A stretch of DNA of 64,000 bases from the UHGV virus genome UHGV-0240317; one strand, 5' to 3'. A program made the translations under genes and the position numbers. The notes under the pieces are model-generated. The model was not told the DNA's origin. It saw nothing but the letters and a program-made list of their open reading frames with translations, and made no database searches. Positions 8,989-18,816 of the stretch are shown here, piece by piece. How positions within the stretch are numbered: position 1 is the stretch's first letter; every line of letters begins with the position of its first letter. The stretch comes from a virus.

Positions 8989-11223
8989 CTAAACACCACA
9001 ACCCTCGCAATAGGCATCTTGCAGTGCAGACTTACCTACACCGATGCGACTGTTAAGGTAGTACATGGTTTTCATACCTACCGAGTTGGCATAAATCATG
9101 TACTTCAAAGCTTGAGCCAATGATACCTTCTTAGACTTTGCATAGTCAACATAGAAGTCTGAAGAGATAGCTTGACCAGTGAACTTTTGAACAATTGCAT
9201 AACAATCAATCAGGTCAAAGGTGTCAATACCCCAAGCAATTTCATATACATACTTCAACTCTTCATAATCTGGAACAATAAACAGTACATTACCAGTTGC
9301 AGACTTTTTAGTTAAAATAAAGTCACGAATTGGGTACAATCCATTTGTTGTATTAGTCGCCAGTGAAGAACTCTCATTAGGCATATAAGCCTCAAGTACA
9401 GAGTTTCGGATTCCACCATTTTCTTTGATACGTTGTGCTAAGTCATCCCAATCATATCGTAGTTTTGCATCATGCTTTTCATCAATCTTCTTGTTGGCTG
9501 TCTTTGGAGGAACCCAGCCTTCAGGATACTTAGTGAACTTCATGTACTCTGGAACTCCACGCTCTTTAGCAAGTCTCAGAGAGGCTTCGTGTAAGTAGTA
9601 AGAGTGCATTTCAGCAAGCTCATGAAGCTTCGTCTTACCTGCTCTTGAAGAGTAGTTCACGTAGTTTTTTGCAAGGTAATGAGCCACATTTGTAAGGCCA
9701 ATACCAACAGAACGACGCTTCTGAACATGGTTACGCATCGACGGATACGGATAATCCATAAGGTCAATAACGGAGTCAACCATTGCAAGAGCATAATAAG
9801 CAACGTCAGCGTATTCATCTTCTGAAATTCTCCCTGCAACCAAACTAGCTAGGAAGCAAAGAGCTACCTCACCATCCTCTTTCACAGCATCATCTCTGTA
9901 AAGGTCTGTCTCTTTCTCAAAGCCGTACACTGGCAACACAATTTCCATACAAAGATTTGACATCTTCAAAGGTTCTTTAAATGGCGTATGTGTGTTTGCA
10001 TTATTCGTGAAGAATGGGTACACACGGCCTGTTGCATAACGCTGCTGGATAAACAGTTTAGCAATTTCACGAGCCTTTACTCGTCTGTGCTTAACACCTG
10101 AATGGACTGCGTGACCAACTGCCATAGCAAACTCATCAGCAGATGCTGTGTAGAACATGTCATAGAGTTTTGGTGCATCCTTGTAAGAGAATAGCAACCA
10201 GTCTGTATCATATTGAACACACTGCCAGAAATAATCATTTGTACCAAATGAGTAGTCCATCTCGTTAATACGTTTCGAAGGAACCGTTGTAGGGTGCTTC
10301 AAACGCAGTAAATCTTCAATCTGCGGGTCTAGAGCAGTATAGAAGTTGTTAGCTGAACCACCACGACTCTTCTGTTTGTTTGCCTCTACAGATGAACGTA
10401 CAAGCTTGTAATAAGGTAGCTTACCCATGTGTTCAATAGTATTTTGACGGATACCATCACCAATAGTGCGAGTCTCCATCAGCATCCCGATACCAGCTTG
10501 CTTTGTAGTCATATCATAAGCAACCTTTGCAGCAATACCGAGAGATTCAGCGGTATCATTCGCCTTAATCAAACAGCATGACGCATAACCTGATTTAGTG
10601 GCTCTTAAACCATTCAGGTAAGGAGTAGGAGCGTTAATCTTCAGGTCAGATAGGTAAGTGTACAGCTTGATAACATCTTGCAGTCTACGGTGCTTTGGTT
10701 GCTTCTCAAAGGCTTTCATAGCCATACCCATAAACATAAATTGTGGTGACTCAAAAAGTCTTCCCGTTTTAATATCACGGATACCATACTTGTCTCTGAA
10801 CTGTTTCAGGACTGCATAACCATAAGAGATATCTTTTGAGTGCACAATGTACCCTTGCAGGTATTCAAGCTCTTCCTGAGAATAGTCCATCTTCTCCCAA
10901 AGTCCTGCTCTCTCCATATTTTTAACGAAGGTAACCAGCGTAGGAACCTTAGTAAAACCTCCAAAGGCTTCTTTGTAGATAATTCCCAGAAGTAGCCGTC
11001 CAGCCATATCTGAGTACTCTTGAGTTTGTTTATCAACACAAACATCAATCATGGCTTGGTGCATCTCTTTTGTAGTGCAACCTTCATAGACACGTTTCAT
11101 GGCTTCCATAGTGACTTCTGACCAGATGATTCCGCGCTTATCTGCCCATGATGCCCACTTATTCAGTCTTTCTGGGTCAAAGCTTACTACTGTACCGTTT
11201 GATTTTTTAATTGTCTTAATCAT
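8989..11223 (-). CDS. nrdA: ribonucleotide reductase class Ia large (alpha) subunit
   Basis: 744 aa; N-terminal ATP-cone, C-terminal cysteine pair YCEGCGV typical of class I large subunits. Confidence 0.85.
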   Translation of the reverse strand: MIKTIKKSNGTVVSFDPERLNKWASWADKRGIIWSEVTMEAMKRVYEGCTTKEMHQAMIDVCVDKQTQEYSDMAGRLLLGIIYKEAFGGFTKVPTLVTFVKNMERAGLWEKMDYSQEELEYLQGYIVHSKDISYGYAVLKQFRDKYGIRDIKTGRLFESPQFMFMGMAMKAFEKQPKHRRLQDVIKLYTYLSDLKINAPTPYLNGLRATKSGYASCCLIKANDTAESLGIAAKVAYDMTTKQAGIGMLMETRTIGDGIRQNTIEHMGKLPYYKLVRSSVEANKQKSRGGSANNFYTALDPQIEDLLRLKHPTTVPSKRINEMDYSFGTNDYFWQCVQYDTDWLLFSYKDAPKLYDMFYTASADEFAMAVGHAVHSGVKHRRVKAREIAKLFIQQRYATGRVYPFFTNNANTHTPFKEPLKMSNLCMEIVLPVYGFEKETDLYRDDAVKEDGEVALCFLASLVAGRISEDEYADVAYYALAMVDSVIDLMDYPYPSMRNHVQKRRSVGIGLTNVAHYLAKNYVNYSSRAGKTKLHELAEMHSYYLHEASLRLAKERGVPEYMKFTKYPEGWVPPKTANKKIDEKHDAKLRYDWDDLAQRIKENGGIRNSVLEAYMPNESSSLATNTTNGLYPIRDFILTKKSATGNVLFIVPDYEELKYVYEIAWGIDTFDLIDCYAIVQKFTGQAISSDFYVDYAKSKKVSLAQALKYMIYANSVGMKTMYYLNSRIGVGKSALQDAYCEGCGV

Positions 11224-11227
11224 TTTT

Positions 11228-11255
11228 GAATCCTACAGATGAAAAGAGCCTCCGA
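11228..11255 (-). terminator. hairpin with UUCG tetraloop (GAGCCTC ttcg GAGGCTC) plus U-run, 5 nt upstream of nrdA RBS
   Basis: Inverted repeat 11238-11255, minus strand followed by UUUUC. Confidence 0.45.
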
Positions 11256-11269
11256 AGAGGCTCCCTAGT

Positions 11270-11605
11270 TTAAATCTTGAAAATTTGCTCATTCTGCCAC
11301 ATATCGTAAAACTTATCACTTACTTTTGTGACTGAAGAGGCGTGCATACAATTTAGGAACCATGACGGTGTACTAGCATCCATAATTGTTTCAAGTTTTT
11401 GTGTGACATTCACATCCATGTCTGCAACAACGTAATTGCCTCGCATCTTGCAAACAATTCTTCCAAACAAGATTGCACTTCTACCTCTTCTGTCGTCACA
11501 GTACATAACTGTGTCTCCGTGCTTAACATCTTGTCCGATACTATCAACACCTAATTTAGCACCTGAGATAATGTCATCATAAGATAGCTTTTTTGCTTTA
11601 GGCAC
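11270..11605 (-). CDS. hypothetical protein
   Basis: 111-aa ORF. Confidence 0.45.
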   Translation of the reverse strand: MPKAKKLSYDDIISGAKLGVDSIGQDVKHGDTVMYCDDRRGRSAILFGRIVCKMRGNYVVADMDVNVTQKLETIMDASTPSWFLNCMHASSVTKVSDKFYDMWQNEQIFKI

Positions 11606-11930
11606 GGTATTTCTCCAAGTTTCTTTTTAGATATAACCAACCATAGTCAGTTCTTTCTACACCCATGAAGAGTGGAGCCATTACAACTTTACCAAAAGTA
11701 TTCCTGTGTTGACAGATTTCAAAAGAATACTCTTTCTCAATATCAATCCCGTATTTGTACAGGACTGCTTTTAAAACTTGTTCATTATCCAGAAGTGTAT
11801 CTGGAGTCTCACCATACTTCTCAAGTAACGGGTCATTCATAAACACCGTCATAGAGATATTGTAGTTTGAGAAGTGGCTCTTCTGAGACACACCTTCTTT
11901 ATTAATGTTCTGTGAATCCATTATAACCAA
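11598..11930 (-). CDS. hypothetical protein
   Basis: 110-aa ORF. Confidence 0.45.
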   Translation of the reverse strand: MVIMDSQNINKEGVSQKSHFSNYNISMTVFMNDPLLEKYGETPDTLLDNEQVLKAVLYKYGIDIEKEYSFEICQHRNTFGKVVMAPLFMGVERTDYGWLYLKRNLEKYRA

Positions 11931-12657
11931 CCCCTTTTAACCAGCACTTCAGGTTATTAGCATCATAATTCAGTTTCGGGTATGAGGTTACATGGAACTG
12001 CTCACCATCATAGTAGACAATATCTGCAATCCATAGTCCATTCTCTTTACAGAAGTCTTTATCTGCTTTAGAGGTAATTGGATTAACTTCTACAAAACCA
12101 TCTACACCCAAATCCTTTAAGCTACATACAATACCTTTGCAGATAACGCATGTGTCAGATACTACCACAAAAAGTTCTTGGCTTTCAAGTTCTACAATGT
12201 ATTCACCAAGCTGAACTTTAGGGAGATTAGATTGCTTCATAATCTTCCCATCGGCTGCGCGAACAATTGCATACCACTCTTTACCATCAACTACTGACAT
12301 TCTGATGATACACTCTTGACCAGTACGCTTCTCAATATCTGCAAGACGTTTTAAAGCTTCTTCATAGTCGTCTGTGTACTTCAGGTCATTATTATGGCAA
12401 ACGGCTTCCATAGCGCCATTGTGGTCATGCTGTGACAGGTAAATCAAACCGTCAAGAACATATTGCAAATCTGCCTGAGCATCCAATGTCTCAATGGGGT
12501 CTTTCTCTTCAATTGCTTTTACAAGCTCTTTTGCTTCTTCAAGCATACACAGAGATTGAGATTTCAAAGATTCCCAATACTCATTACTGTAGGGTTGCTT
12601 TTGAGTGTTTCCACAACGAAGGTTCCAGTTTTTTACTGATTCTCTTGAGTTAAACAT
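11902..12657 (-). CDS. hypothetical protein (N-terminal region weakly MazG-like: EEAKELVKAIEE...DAQADLQYVLDGL)
   Basis: 251-aa ORF; acidic-helix motif only, no firm assignment. Confidence 0.4.
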   Translation of the reverse strand: MFNSRESVKNWNLRCGNTQKQPYSNEYWESLKSQSLCMLEEAKELVKAIEEKDPIETLDAQADLQYVLDGLIYLSQHDHNGAMEAVCHNNDLKYTDDYEEALKRLADIEKRTGQECIIRMSVVDGKEWYAIVRAADGKIMKQSNLPKVQLGEYIVELESQELFVVVSDTCVICKGIVCSLKDLGVDGFVEVNPITSKADKDFCKENGLWIADIVYYDGEQFHVTSYPKLNYDANNLKCWLKGVGYNGFTEH

Positions 12658-12896
12658 TCGGACTCCTTAAAATATCTGTTAACTTTTAGCTCTCGTGTTT
12701 CAATATATTCTAGATGCTCACGTAGCTCTTGGCGTTTAAGCATTAGGTGCTGCATTTGAGATTCAACAGCTTCAACTTCTTTAATTATCGACTCTCTAGC
12801 ATTTGCAAGAGTTCGCTCAAGTTCTTCAATCTTGCTGTCAACCTTTGCTACATGACTCACAGCTTTATTTTTGTTAAACATTTTATTCTCTCTCAA
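12633..12896 (-). CDS. hypothetical coiled-coil protein
   Basis: 87-aa ORF rich in E/L/K heptads. Confidence 0.4.
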   Translation of the reverse strand: MRENKMFNKNKAVSHVAKVDSKIEELERTLANARESIIKEVEAVESQMQHLMLKRQELREHLEYIETRELKVNRYFKESECLTQENQ

Positions 12897-12902
12897 TAGT
12901 TA

Positions 12903-13400
12903 TCAAGCACAATTTGCTTTCATTACCTTATGGATTCTTTTTTCAGCATCTTCATAAGTTTCTTTAGTAATAAACTTAATTGCTGCAATATTGGCATTGT
13001 AGAAGAGCCTGAGCTTCGAGTCAATCCTTTTTGTCATTACATCGAATTTATGTTGAAGGTTTGCTTCACCATAGACTAGACCACCTTTTGTGTAGTAGGT
13101 TTGAATAATGTAAAAATCAAAAGATTCTTTTCCAAAGCTTTCAATATCTTTTTTAATATACTCAGAAGAGGTTTCGTAAGTCATCCAATCACTCTCCTTA
13201 GTGACTACCTTCTTCCGAGTCTTCCCAGCAACTTTTCTTTTTGTCACACTGTTAAGCTGTTTCTTTCCGATATAATATTGTCCAGTCTTCTTACAGTGCA
13301 CTAAATAGACAAAGCCAAAATGTTTAGTGGGGTCAACTTCCCCACATAAAGATACCCAATGACCGTAGGTAGGGCAATTGCCAAATCCTTTAATCTTCAT
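12903..13400 (-). CDS. GIY-YIG-like domain protein (possible free-standing endonuclease)
   Basis: 165 aa; FGFVYLVHCKKTGQYYIGKK fits GIY-(10)-YIG spacing. Confidence 0.4.
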   Translation of the reverse strand: MKIKGFGNCPTYGHWVSLCGEVDPTKHFGFVYLVHCKKTGQYYIGKKQLNSVTKRKVAGKTRKKVVTKESDWMTYETSSEYIKKDIESFGKESFDFYIIQTYYTKGGLVYGEANLQHKFDVMTKRIDSKLRLFYNANIAAIKFITKETYEDAEKRIHKVMKANCA

Positions 13401-14430
13401 TCATACACGGCTCCCAATTATATTTCTTGAAAGAGAAATTGTCTTTTGGATTTCTCTCTTGATATGCTATCCAGAAATGCTGTTCCATTAACTCTAATGG
13501 TGTTTTGGTAACAGTCTGTCCATCCCATGACACATAGGTATAAGAATCTTTTTTAGCATAAAGTTCATAGATAGCGTCAAGACACTCTTTGTAGGTCTCT
13601 TTACCCTCTAAAGCATTCATCACAGCTACTTTACCAGCACCTTTTAGGCCGAAGTAGTTGTCTGCATTATCTCCAGCAACAGCCTGATAGCACAAGAATT
13701 TAAAACCTACACCAACTGTTTTTGCAGCTTTTGGTTTTGATTTGATAGGACAATCCCAGATATCACCAACATTATTGTCAGCAATAAAGATTAGTGGTGA
13801 TTTTTCATAGGTCATATCAATGCAGTAAGTCCCTTCAGCTTGTCGAAGGTCTTTGTCAATGCTCATAAGAGCAGCTTTCTTACCCATCTTTTCAGCTTTA
13901 GCAATTACGATTGAATCGGCTTCGAAGCCACCCTTTAAGAGTTTGAATTCTGGTCTTGACAGAAGATACTCACGACAAGCAACTAAGTGTGTTGGTGTGA
14001 CAGCATCTTTACGGTTACCTTGATATTGGTGCTCAAGACCTTTAATGTCTTTATGTTTATGCACACCTTTCTCTGTTAAATAACCTACCCAAGTTCTCTC
14101 TTTACCAACAATCTTAAGCCATTCCTGAAGCACCTGTTGAGTAGCCATGATAGCTTCTTTTTCACTCTTAGCTTCTTTCCAAGTCTGTCTTTCCCATTCA
14201 TCTTCATCAAATGTCAGGCCAAGCTCTTCCACAAGGATTCTCTGGTCTGCTAACCATCTTGCAGCATCTTTCGCATTATCAAATGGCTCAGATTCTTCTG
14301 CTGTGAGTTTATTGATGTATTTATATTTTGCTTTCTCAACTACACAAGCACCTTTATAGGCAATACTGTCAGAGTCGATAAAAACATGTGTAACTGAATC
14401 GGGAAGTTTTGTTAATGTGTACTTCTCCAT
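13390..14430 (-). CDS. 5'-3' exonuclease / flap endonuclease (RNase H-like, FEN family)
   Basis: 346 aa; FIDSDSIAYKG N-terminal metal site and EADSIVIAKAEKMG...MSIDKDLRQ FEN motifs. Confidence 0.65.
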   Translation of the reverse strand: MEKYTLTKLPDSVTHVFIDSDSIAYKGACVVEKAKYKYINKLTAEESEPFDNAKDAARWLADQRILVEELGLTFDEDEWERQTWKEAKSEKEAIMATQQVLQEWLKIVGKERTWVGYLTEKGVHKHKDIKGLEHQYQGNRKDAVTPTHLVACREYLLSRPEFKLLKGGFEADSIVIAKAEKMGKKAALMSIDKDLRQAEGTYCIDMTYEKSPLIFIADNNVGDIWDCPIKSKPKAAKTVGVGFKFLCYQAVAGDNADNYFGLKGAGKVAVMNALEGKETYKECLDAIYELYAKKDSYTYVSWDGQTVTKTPLELMEQHFWIAYQERNPKDNFSFKKYNWEPCMNED

Positions 14431-14439
14431 TATGGCTCT

Positions 14440-14477
14440 CCATATGAAAAAGCCCCATACTAAGTACAGGGCTTTAA
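14440..14477 (-). terminator. hairpin (AGCCC...GGGCT) with U5 run downstream of SSB-like gene
   Basis: Minus strand AAAGCCCUGUACUUAGUAUGGGGCUUUUUCAUAUGG. Confidence 0.4.
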
Positions 14478-14492
14478 AGTAACTTTTAGAGA

Positions 14493-15350
14493 TTAGTCTT
14501 CTGTATCGAAGTCTTCATCTTCTTCGTCATCTGGGTCTGGCAAGTCTTCATCGTCACCATCATCAGAATCATTCGAAGATTTATGGTCTGTTGCGTCTTC
14601 TTCAGTGATTTCACCGTTATCTTCGACACCATCAAGACCAAGCATAGCCAGTTCATCTTCATCCAGTTCAGGTTCACCGTTAGCACCGTTACCACCAGTG
14701 TAAGGTACAAGAGTATCAATGATAAACTGTTCCTGAATAGGTTTTGTCAGAACATTGTTCTCAAAGGTGTAGAAGTGAGTAGAAAGAATCACACTACCAA
14801 AAGAACCGTTACCAACTGCAATATCTGGATGAATTACATCATAGTTCTTGTCATCTTCATGTTTATCAGATGCTTGAGCTTTGATTTTCTTCATCGGCTG
14901 CTTAACAGCTACACGCTTACCATTTACTTCTTCAATCAGCATTACAGGGAATGACTGTTTAGCTGTCCATACAGCACCATCTTTATAAGCTGCTGCACGA
15001 CTTACTTTCAAGATGTAGTAAGTGTCTGCTTCAAAAGGTGGTTTGCAACCAAACTTCTCTTCGAAGTCATCTGCATCAACTGCTTCAGTAGTAACTTTAT
15101 CCCAACCTTCTGGGTTCTTCTTAGACTTAGTAAACTCTTTAAACAGTTTGTTACCGTCTTCTGCCAGAATTGATACGCTGTAGTTACAGTCCTTGCCTGG
15201 GAATTTCTTATCAATAGACTTACCTTTTCCCGGACGTGGTGAAGTGTTCAGGTAATAAAACCAGACATCTTTCAGGAGGTAACGCAGAGTTTGACGTTCA
15301 GTACCGTTGTACTTCTCTACCGGAGCTTTCATTTTAACAACTTTAGACAT
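14493..15350 (-). CDS. single-stranded DNA-binding protein-like with acidic C-terminal tail
   Basis: 285 aa; C-terminus DSDDGDDEDLPDPDDEEDEDFDTED resembles acidic tails of phage SSBs; position in replication module. Confidence 0.45.
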   Translation of the reverse strand: MSKVVKMKAPVEKYNGTERQTLRYLLKDVWFYYLNTSPRPGKGKSIDKKFPGKDCNYSVSILAEDGNKLFKEFTKSKKNPEGWDKVTTEAVDADDFEEKFGCKPPFEADTYYILKVSRAAAYKDGAVWTAKQSFPVMLIEEVNGKRVAVKQPMKKIKAQASDKHEDDKNYDVIHPDIAVGNGSFGSVILSTHFYTFENNVLTKPIQEQFIIDTLVPYTGGNGANGEPELDEDELAMLGLDGVEDNGEITEEDATDHKSSNDSDDGDDEDLPDPDDEEDEDFDTED

Positions 15351-15421
15351 TATTTAAACCTCTATCTCAATTTATGAAGAGTACCAATTCTAATTTGTTG
15401 ATACTCTATTGTCAAATATTA

Positions 15422-15571
15422 ATTACTGGAAGTTGTGCTTATCTTTAGAAGCTGCTTTACGTGCAGTTTTTCCAGTTCTTACACGCTTCTCTTCATAGTA
15501 TTTTGCTGGTTTTCCAGCAGTGGCTTTTAAGGAATCCCCAAAAACTTTTTCAAATGCTTTAGAGTGTTTCA
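15422..15571 (-). CDS. small basic protein (49 aa, below ORF-track cutoff)
   Basis: ATG at 15571; translation MKHSKAFEKVFGDSLKATAGKPAKYYEEKRVRTGKTARKAASKDKHNFQ; fills intergenic gap. Confidence 0.3.
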
Positions 15572-15862
15572 TGATATTCTCCGATATACTTGATATTCAA
15601 ACACATTTTCTTTTATTACAAACAGCCAACCAATATTATGTTCAGGTATAGCGATGATGACTGTGACAGTATTGTGATAGGACTTTTTCTCTACTTCGAC
15701 ACCACCATCACATTTCATGTAGAGCATTCTATAGAACCTATCAACCTTTGTCAAACACTCTTCCTGAAATTCATTTAAACTTTTTTCTCCAAAGAAGGGT
15801 ATGAACCCCTCTCTTTTATAACTATCACTCAGTTTCAAACGGGCAGTCATCTGCATCCTCAC
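15569..15862 (-). CDS. hypothetical protein
   Basis: 97-aa ORF. Confidence 0.4.
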   Translation of the reverse strand: MRMQMTARLKLSDSYKREGFIPFFGEKSLNEFQEECLTKVDRFYRMLYMKCDGGVEVEKKSYHNTVTVIIAIPEHNIGWLFVIKENVFEYQVYRRIS

Positions 15863-17810
15863 TTAATACAGGTGGAATCGTTGAGCTTTGACGCTGTTCT
15901 TCAGTATAGACTTCACCAGTCTCACGGTCAAACACTTCATCTTCATAATGAGGTAGAGAGTCATCATAATGGTCTTCAGCTTCACCAATACCAAACTGTT
16001 GACGAATATTTTCTGCTGCACCATCAATGTCAACACCACATCCAGAAGCTTTGATAAGACGTCCTGTGTCGGGATTGTACCAAGTATGACCAGCAATACC
16101 TGTTGACTTACCATGACGACGACACTTAGTTAACTTGATTTTTGTCAAGTTTTTCTTAACAGGGTCTGGGTCAACCTTGTTACGCATTAACAGAATGTTG
16201 TTCATAGAAATCTGGAAATACGCACCAGAACCTTTAATATCCTCTTCAGAGATATCTCCACCTTCGGAGTTAGCCTTCTGACCACCTGCACTCTTACGAA
16301 CGTGACAGACGTTCACCTGTGCATACTGGTAGCGTTTGCAACGGCGCAATAGCTCAGACAAAACTTCCTCTTCATCCGTATCTGAACGTGACAGAGCCAA
16401 CGTAATAGGGTCAAGAATAATAATCTTACAGTCTAAGCTGTTAACAAGATAGTCAACAAACTCCAGCAAGTTATCTTGGTCAATTGCCCCTTGATGGTCT
16501 ACGATGTGGATACGACGACCTTTAGACAGTTCTACGTGTGCTTCCTTCAATTCATCCCAATCACGTTCGTCATAAGGAATCTCAGAAATCTGCTTGCTAA
16601 GGTGGATTGCACAGAGCATCTCCATCAACTCTTCATAGGTATCTTCTACAGGAATTACACCAATATTGTAATCGGTATCTTTCCAAGCAGTGTAAATCAT
16701 TTCACGAGTGTATGCTGATTTACCCACTGAAGATGGTGCTGCCAGAGTTGTAATCTCTCCTAAACCGTAACCACCATAAGTCAGCCTGTTCAAATCTCCG
16801 AAAGATTCTGGGAAAGGAATCAATGGAATCTGACCACGATTCTTCATTGCCTCAAAACCATCTGCGAAGTTCTTGATACCAGCAGGACAGTAACGAGGTG
16901 CATTGTAGATACGCTGCTTAAATCCTTCCAGAACTGTATCTTTCTCTTTATAGAACTTTGTCCACCATTCGTTAAGGTCTTTTACACCTTCTGGATACTG
17001 GAATAAACGAACCTTCTCGATAGGGAGAATGCCAGCAGCCTCTTTGGTAGCTTTAGCACCTGCTTCATCGTTATCAAAGCACAAGTAAATCTCATCAAAT
17101 GATGTGATGTACTGATAGTTGTCTTTGATAGACTTAATGTTTGCACCTGATGGAACAGATACGTGACAGTAATTCTTACGACGAGACTTGTCCTTAATCG
17201 CAAGAGAAGTCATATAGATTGCTGTCGCACATTCCATCTCACCTTCCCAGATGAATAGACGGTTACCACCTTCTGGAGCAATCCATGAACCGAACATTGC
17301 CAGCTCACCTTTAATGTCTCCAACACCACCTGAGAAGTCTTTTAGCTTACCTCGTAGGTGTTCTTTTGGATGGTCTTCTGGATAACGATGACGTACACGG
17401 TAACCAACGTGCTCTAGCTTACCATCTTCATTACGTTTGTAAGTTGGATAGAAATGCGCATCAATTTCACCATCACTGTCAATGTCAACCTTGATACCTA
17501 AACGCTCAAGAACTTTTGCAGGAATCTTCCTGTCTTTTAAGTCCATTGCTTCAAGGTTTTCTTTCACATCGTCTAAATCCATTCCACGGAAAGTACGGTT
17601 TTTATTGTCTGAACCAGTAGAATAAGTGCTCACGATTTGTCCTTTATCAAAATCCCACTCTGGGAAGCCTTTGTTACAACTAAAGCAAGTCATCGAATAA
17701 GAATCATCGTCATGATGATAGATTGAACCAGCATCTGATGAACCACAACGTGGACATGCACAATGACCAATAAACTGACCAGCCTCTTTCAATTTACGAC
17801 CTTTAGACAT
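15825..17810 (-). CDS. bifunctional DNA primase-helicase (T7 gp4-like: zinc ribbon, TOPRIM, DnaB-like ATPase)
   Basis: N-terminal CxxC...CxxC (CACPRCGS...CFSCNK), TOPRIM acidic motif IYLCFDNDEAGAKA, Walker A LAAPSSVGKSAYT and Walker B KIIILDPITLAL; ATG at 17810. Confidence 0.8.
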   Translation of the reverse strand: MSKGRKLKEAGQFIGHCACPRCGSSDAGSIYHHDDDSYSMTCFSCNKGFPEWDFDKGQIVSTYSTGSDNKNRTFRGMDLDDVKENLEAMDLKDRKIPAKVLERLGIKVDIDSDGEIDAHFYPTYKRNEDGKLEHVGYRVRHRYPEDHPKEHLRGKLKDFSGGVGDIKGELAMFGSWIAPEGGNRLFIWEGEMECATAIYMTSLAIKDKSRRKNYCHVSVPSGANIKSIKDNYQYITSFDEIYLCFDNDEAGAKATKEAAGILPIEKVRLFQYPEGVKDLNEWWTKFYKEKDTVLEGFKQRIYNAPRYCPAGIKNFADGFEAMKNRGQIPLIPFPESFGDLNRLTYGGYGLGEITTLAAPSSVGKSAYTREMIYTAWKDTDYNIGVIPVEDTYEELMEMLCAIHLSKQISEIPYDERDWDELKEAHVELSKGRRIHIVDHQGAIDQDNLLEFVDYLVNSLDCKIIILDPITLALSRSDTDEEEVLSELLRRCKRYQYAQVNVCHVRKSAGGQKANSEGGDISEEDIKGSGAYFQISMNNILLMRNKVDPDPVKKNLTKIKLTKCRRHGKSTGIAGHTWYNPDTGRLIKASGCGVDIDGAAENIRQQFGIGEAEDHYDDSLPHYEDEVFDRETGEVYTEEQRQSSTIPPVLSEDADDCPFETE

Positions 17811-18003
17811 TAACACCTCTTCGTTGTAGTTCTGCCTTCAATCCATTTTCAATCTTGTCCAGTTCATGAATCTCATCTGCAATCTCTTTCCTTCGTGATT
17901 CAACTCTCTTAAGACGTTCAATCATTACCTCATTGGAAAGAGATGAGAGTTCCACTAAACGGTGGTCAATAACTTTAAAATTGTCTTTTACTCTCATCTT
18001 CAT
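17803..18003 (-). CDS. hypothetical coiled-coil protein
   Basis: 66-aa ORF. Confidence 0.4.
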   Translation of the reverse strand: MKMRVKDNFKVIDHRLVELSSLSNEVMIERLKRVESRRKEIADEIHELDKIENGLKAELQRRGVNV

Positions 18004-18011
18004 TCTCTCTT

Positions 18012-18755
18012 TTAAATCTTCAGGATAGCTCTTAGCTTGCTCTCAAGGTCTGCAAGAGTACCATTATTATGAATAATGTCACGCTCATATTTTGTAGAAA
18101 TCCCATTTTCTGAAACATGTGATGAAACTTTGTCCACATTGTCTCTTTTTACTTCAATGGTTTGGTGTGCAAATCTACTCAGCCACTCAGCTTCAGAGTC
18201 AAATCTTAAATCACTGATTAAAACAACACCTTCTTGATTTCTAAGTGAGCAAACATCAAAGAAATTTACCATTCGTTTTTCGAGGTCTTTAGCCCAGAAC
18301 TTGTCACCCATAACTTTACGGATAACTTCAGTGCCCCAAATCTGTTGGATTTGTCTTGATGAGAATTTATACTTTTTACTAAATCCCAGACGTGTTAATA
18401 GGGTCGGCTTAGCAACCTTCTTAAGTTCCATGATTAATCGTCCGGTTAACTCTGACATAAGCTTAAAATCCATATGGTAACGCTCACCTTTGAAGGTGAA
18501 CTCCATAGCCTCTGTAACTTTGGACATCAGTTCAGGATATGATAAATCAAAAACCTGTGGAGTCTCTTTAGTTTCACCATACAGGTCATTCCAAGTCAGG
18601 TCAAATATCTTTGATGCAGATAGCTTAAGGTTGTCTGCATAGGCCATTACTGCAACATTGTAGCCGTACTCATCCTCTAAGATGTTCTTCACAATAGAAC
18701 ATGAGGTGTCTTTTCCAGAGCGTGCCTTTCCAGTAAATGCGATAATATTACTCAT
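18012..18755 (-). CDS. deoxynucleoside monophosphate kinase
   Basis: 247 aa; N-terminal P-loop IIAFTGKARSGKDT closely matches T4 gp1 dNMP kinase start LIFLSGVKRSGKDT as remembered. Confidence 0.65.
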   Translation of the reverse strand: MSNIIAFTGKARSGKDTSCSIVKNILEDEYGYNVAVMAYADNLKLSASKIFDLTWNDLYGETKETPQVFDLSYPELMSKVTEAMEFTFKGERYHMDFKLMSELTGRLIMELKKVAKPTLLTRLGFSKKYKFSSRQIQQIWGTEVIRKVMGDKFWAKDLEKRMVNFFDVCSLRNQEGVVLISDLRFDSEAEWLSRFAHQTIEVKRDNVDKVSSHVSENGISTKYERDIIHNNGTLADLESKLRAILKI

Positions 18756-18816
18756 TTTATCTCCCTTAATTACTAAAAAGCCCCCAACTAAGGAGGCTTG
18801 TAAGATTTATAAAGAC

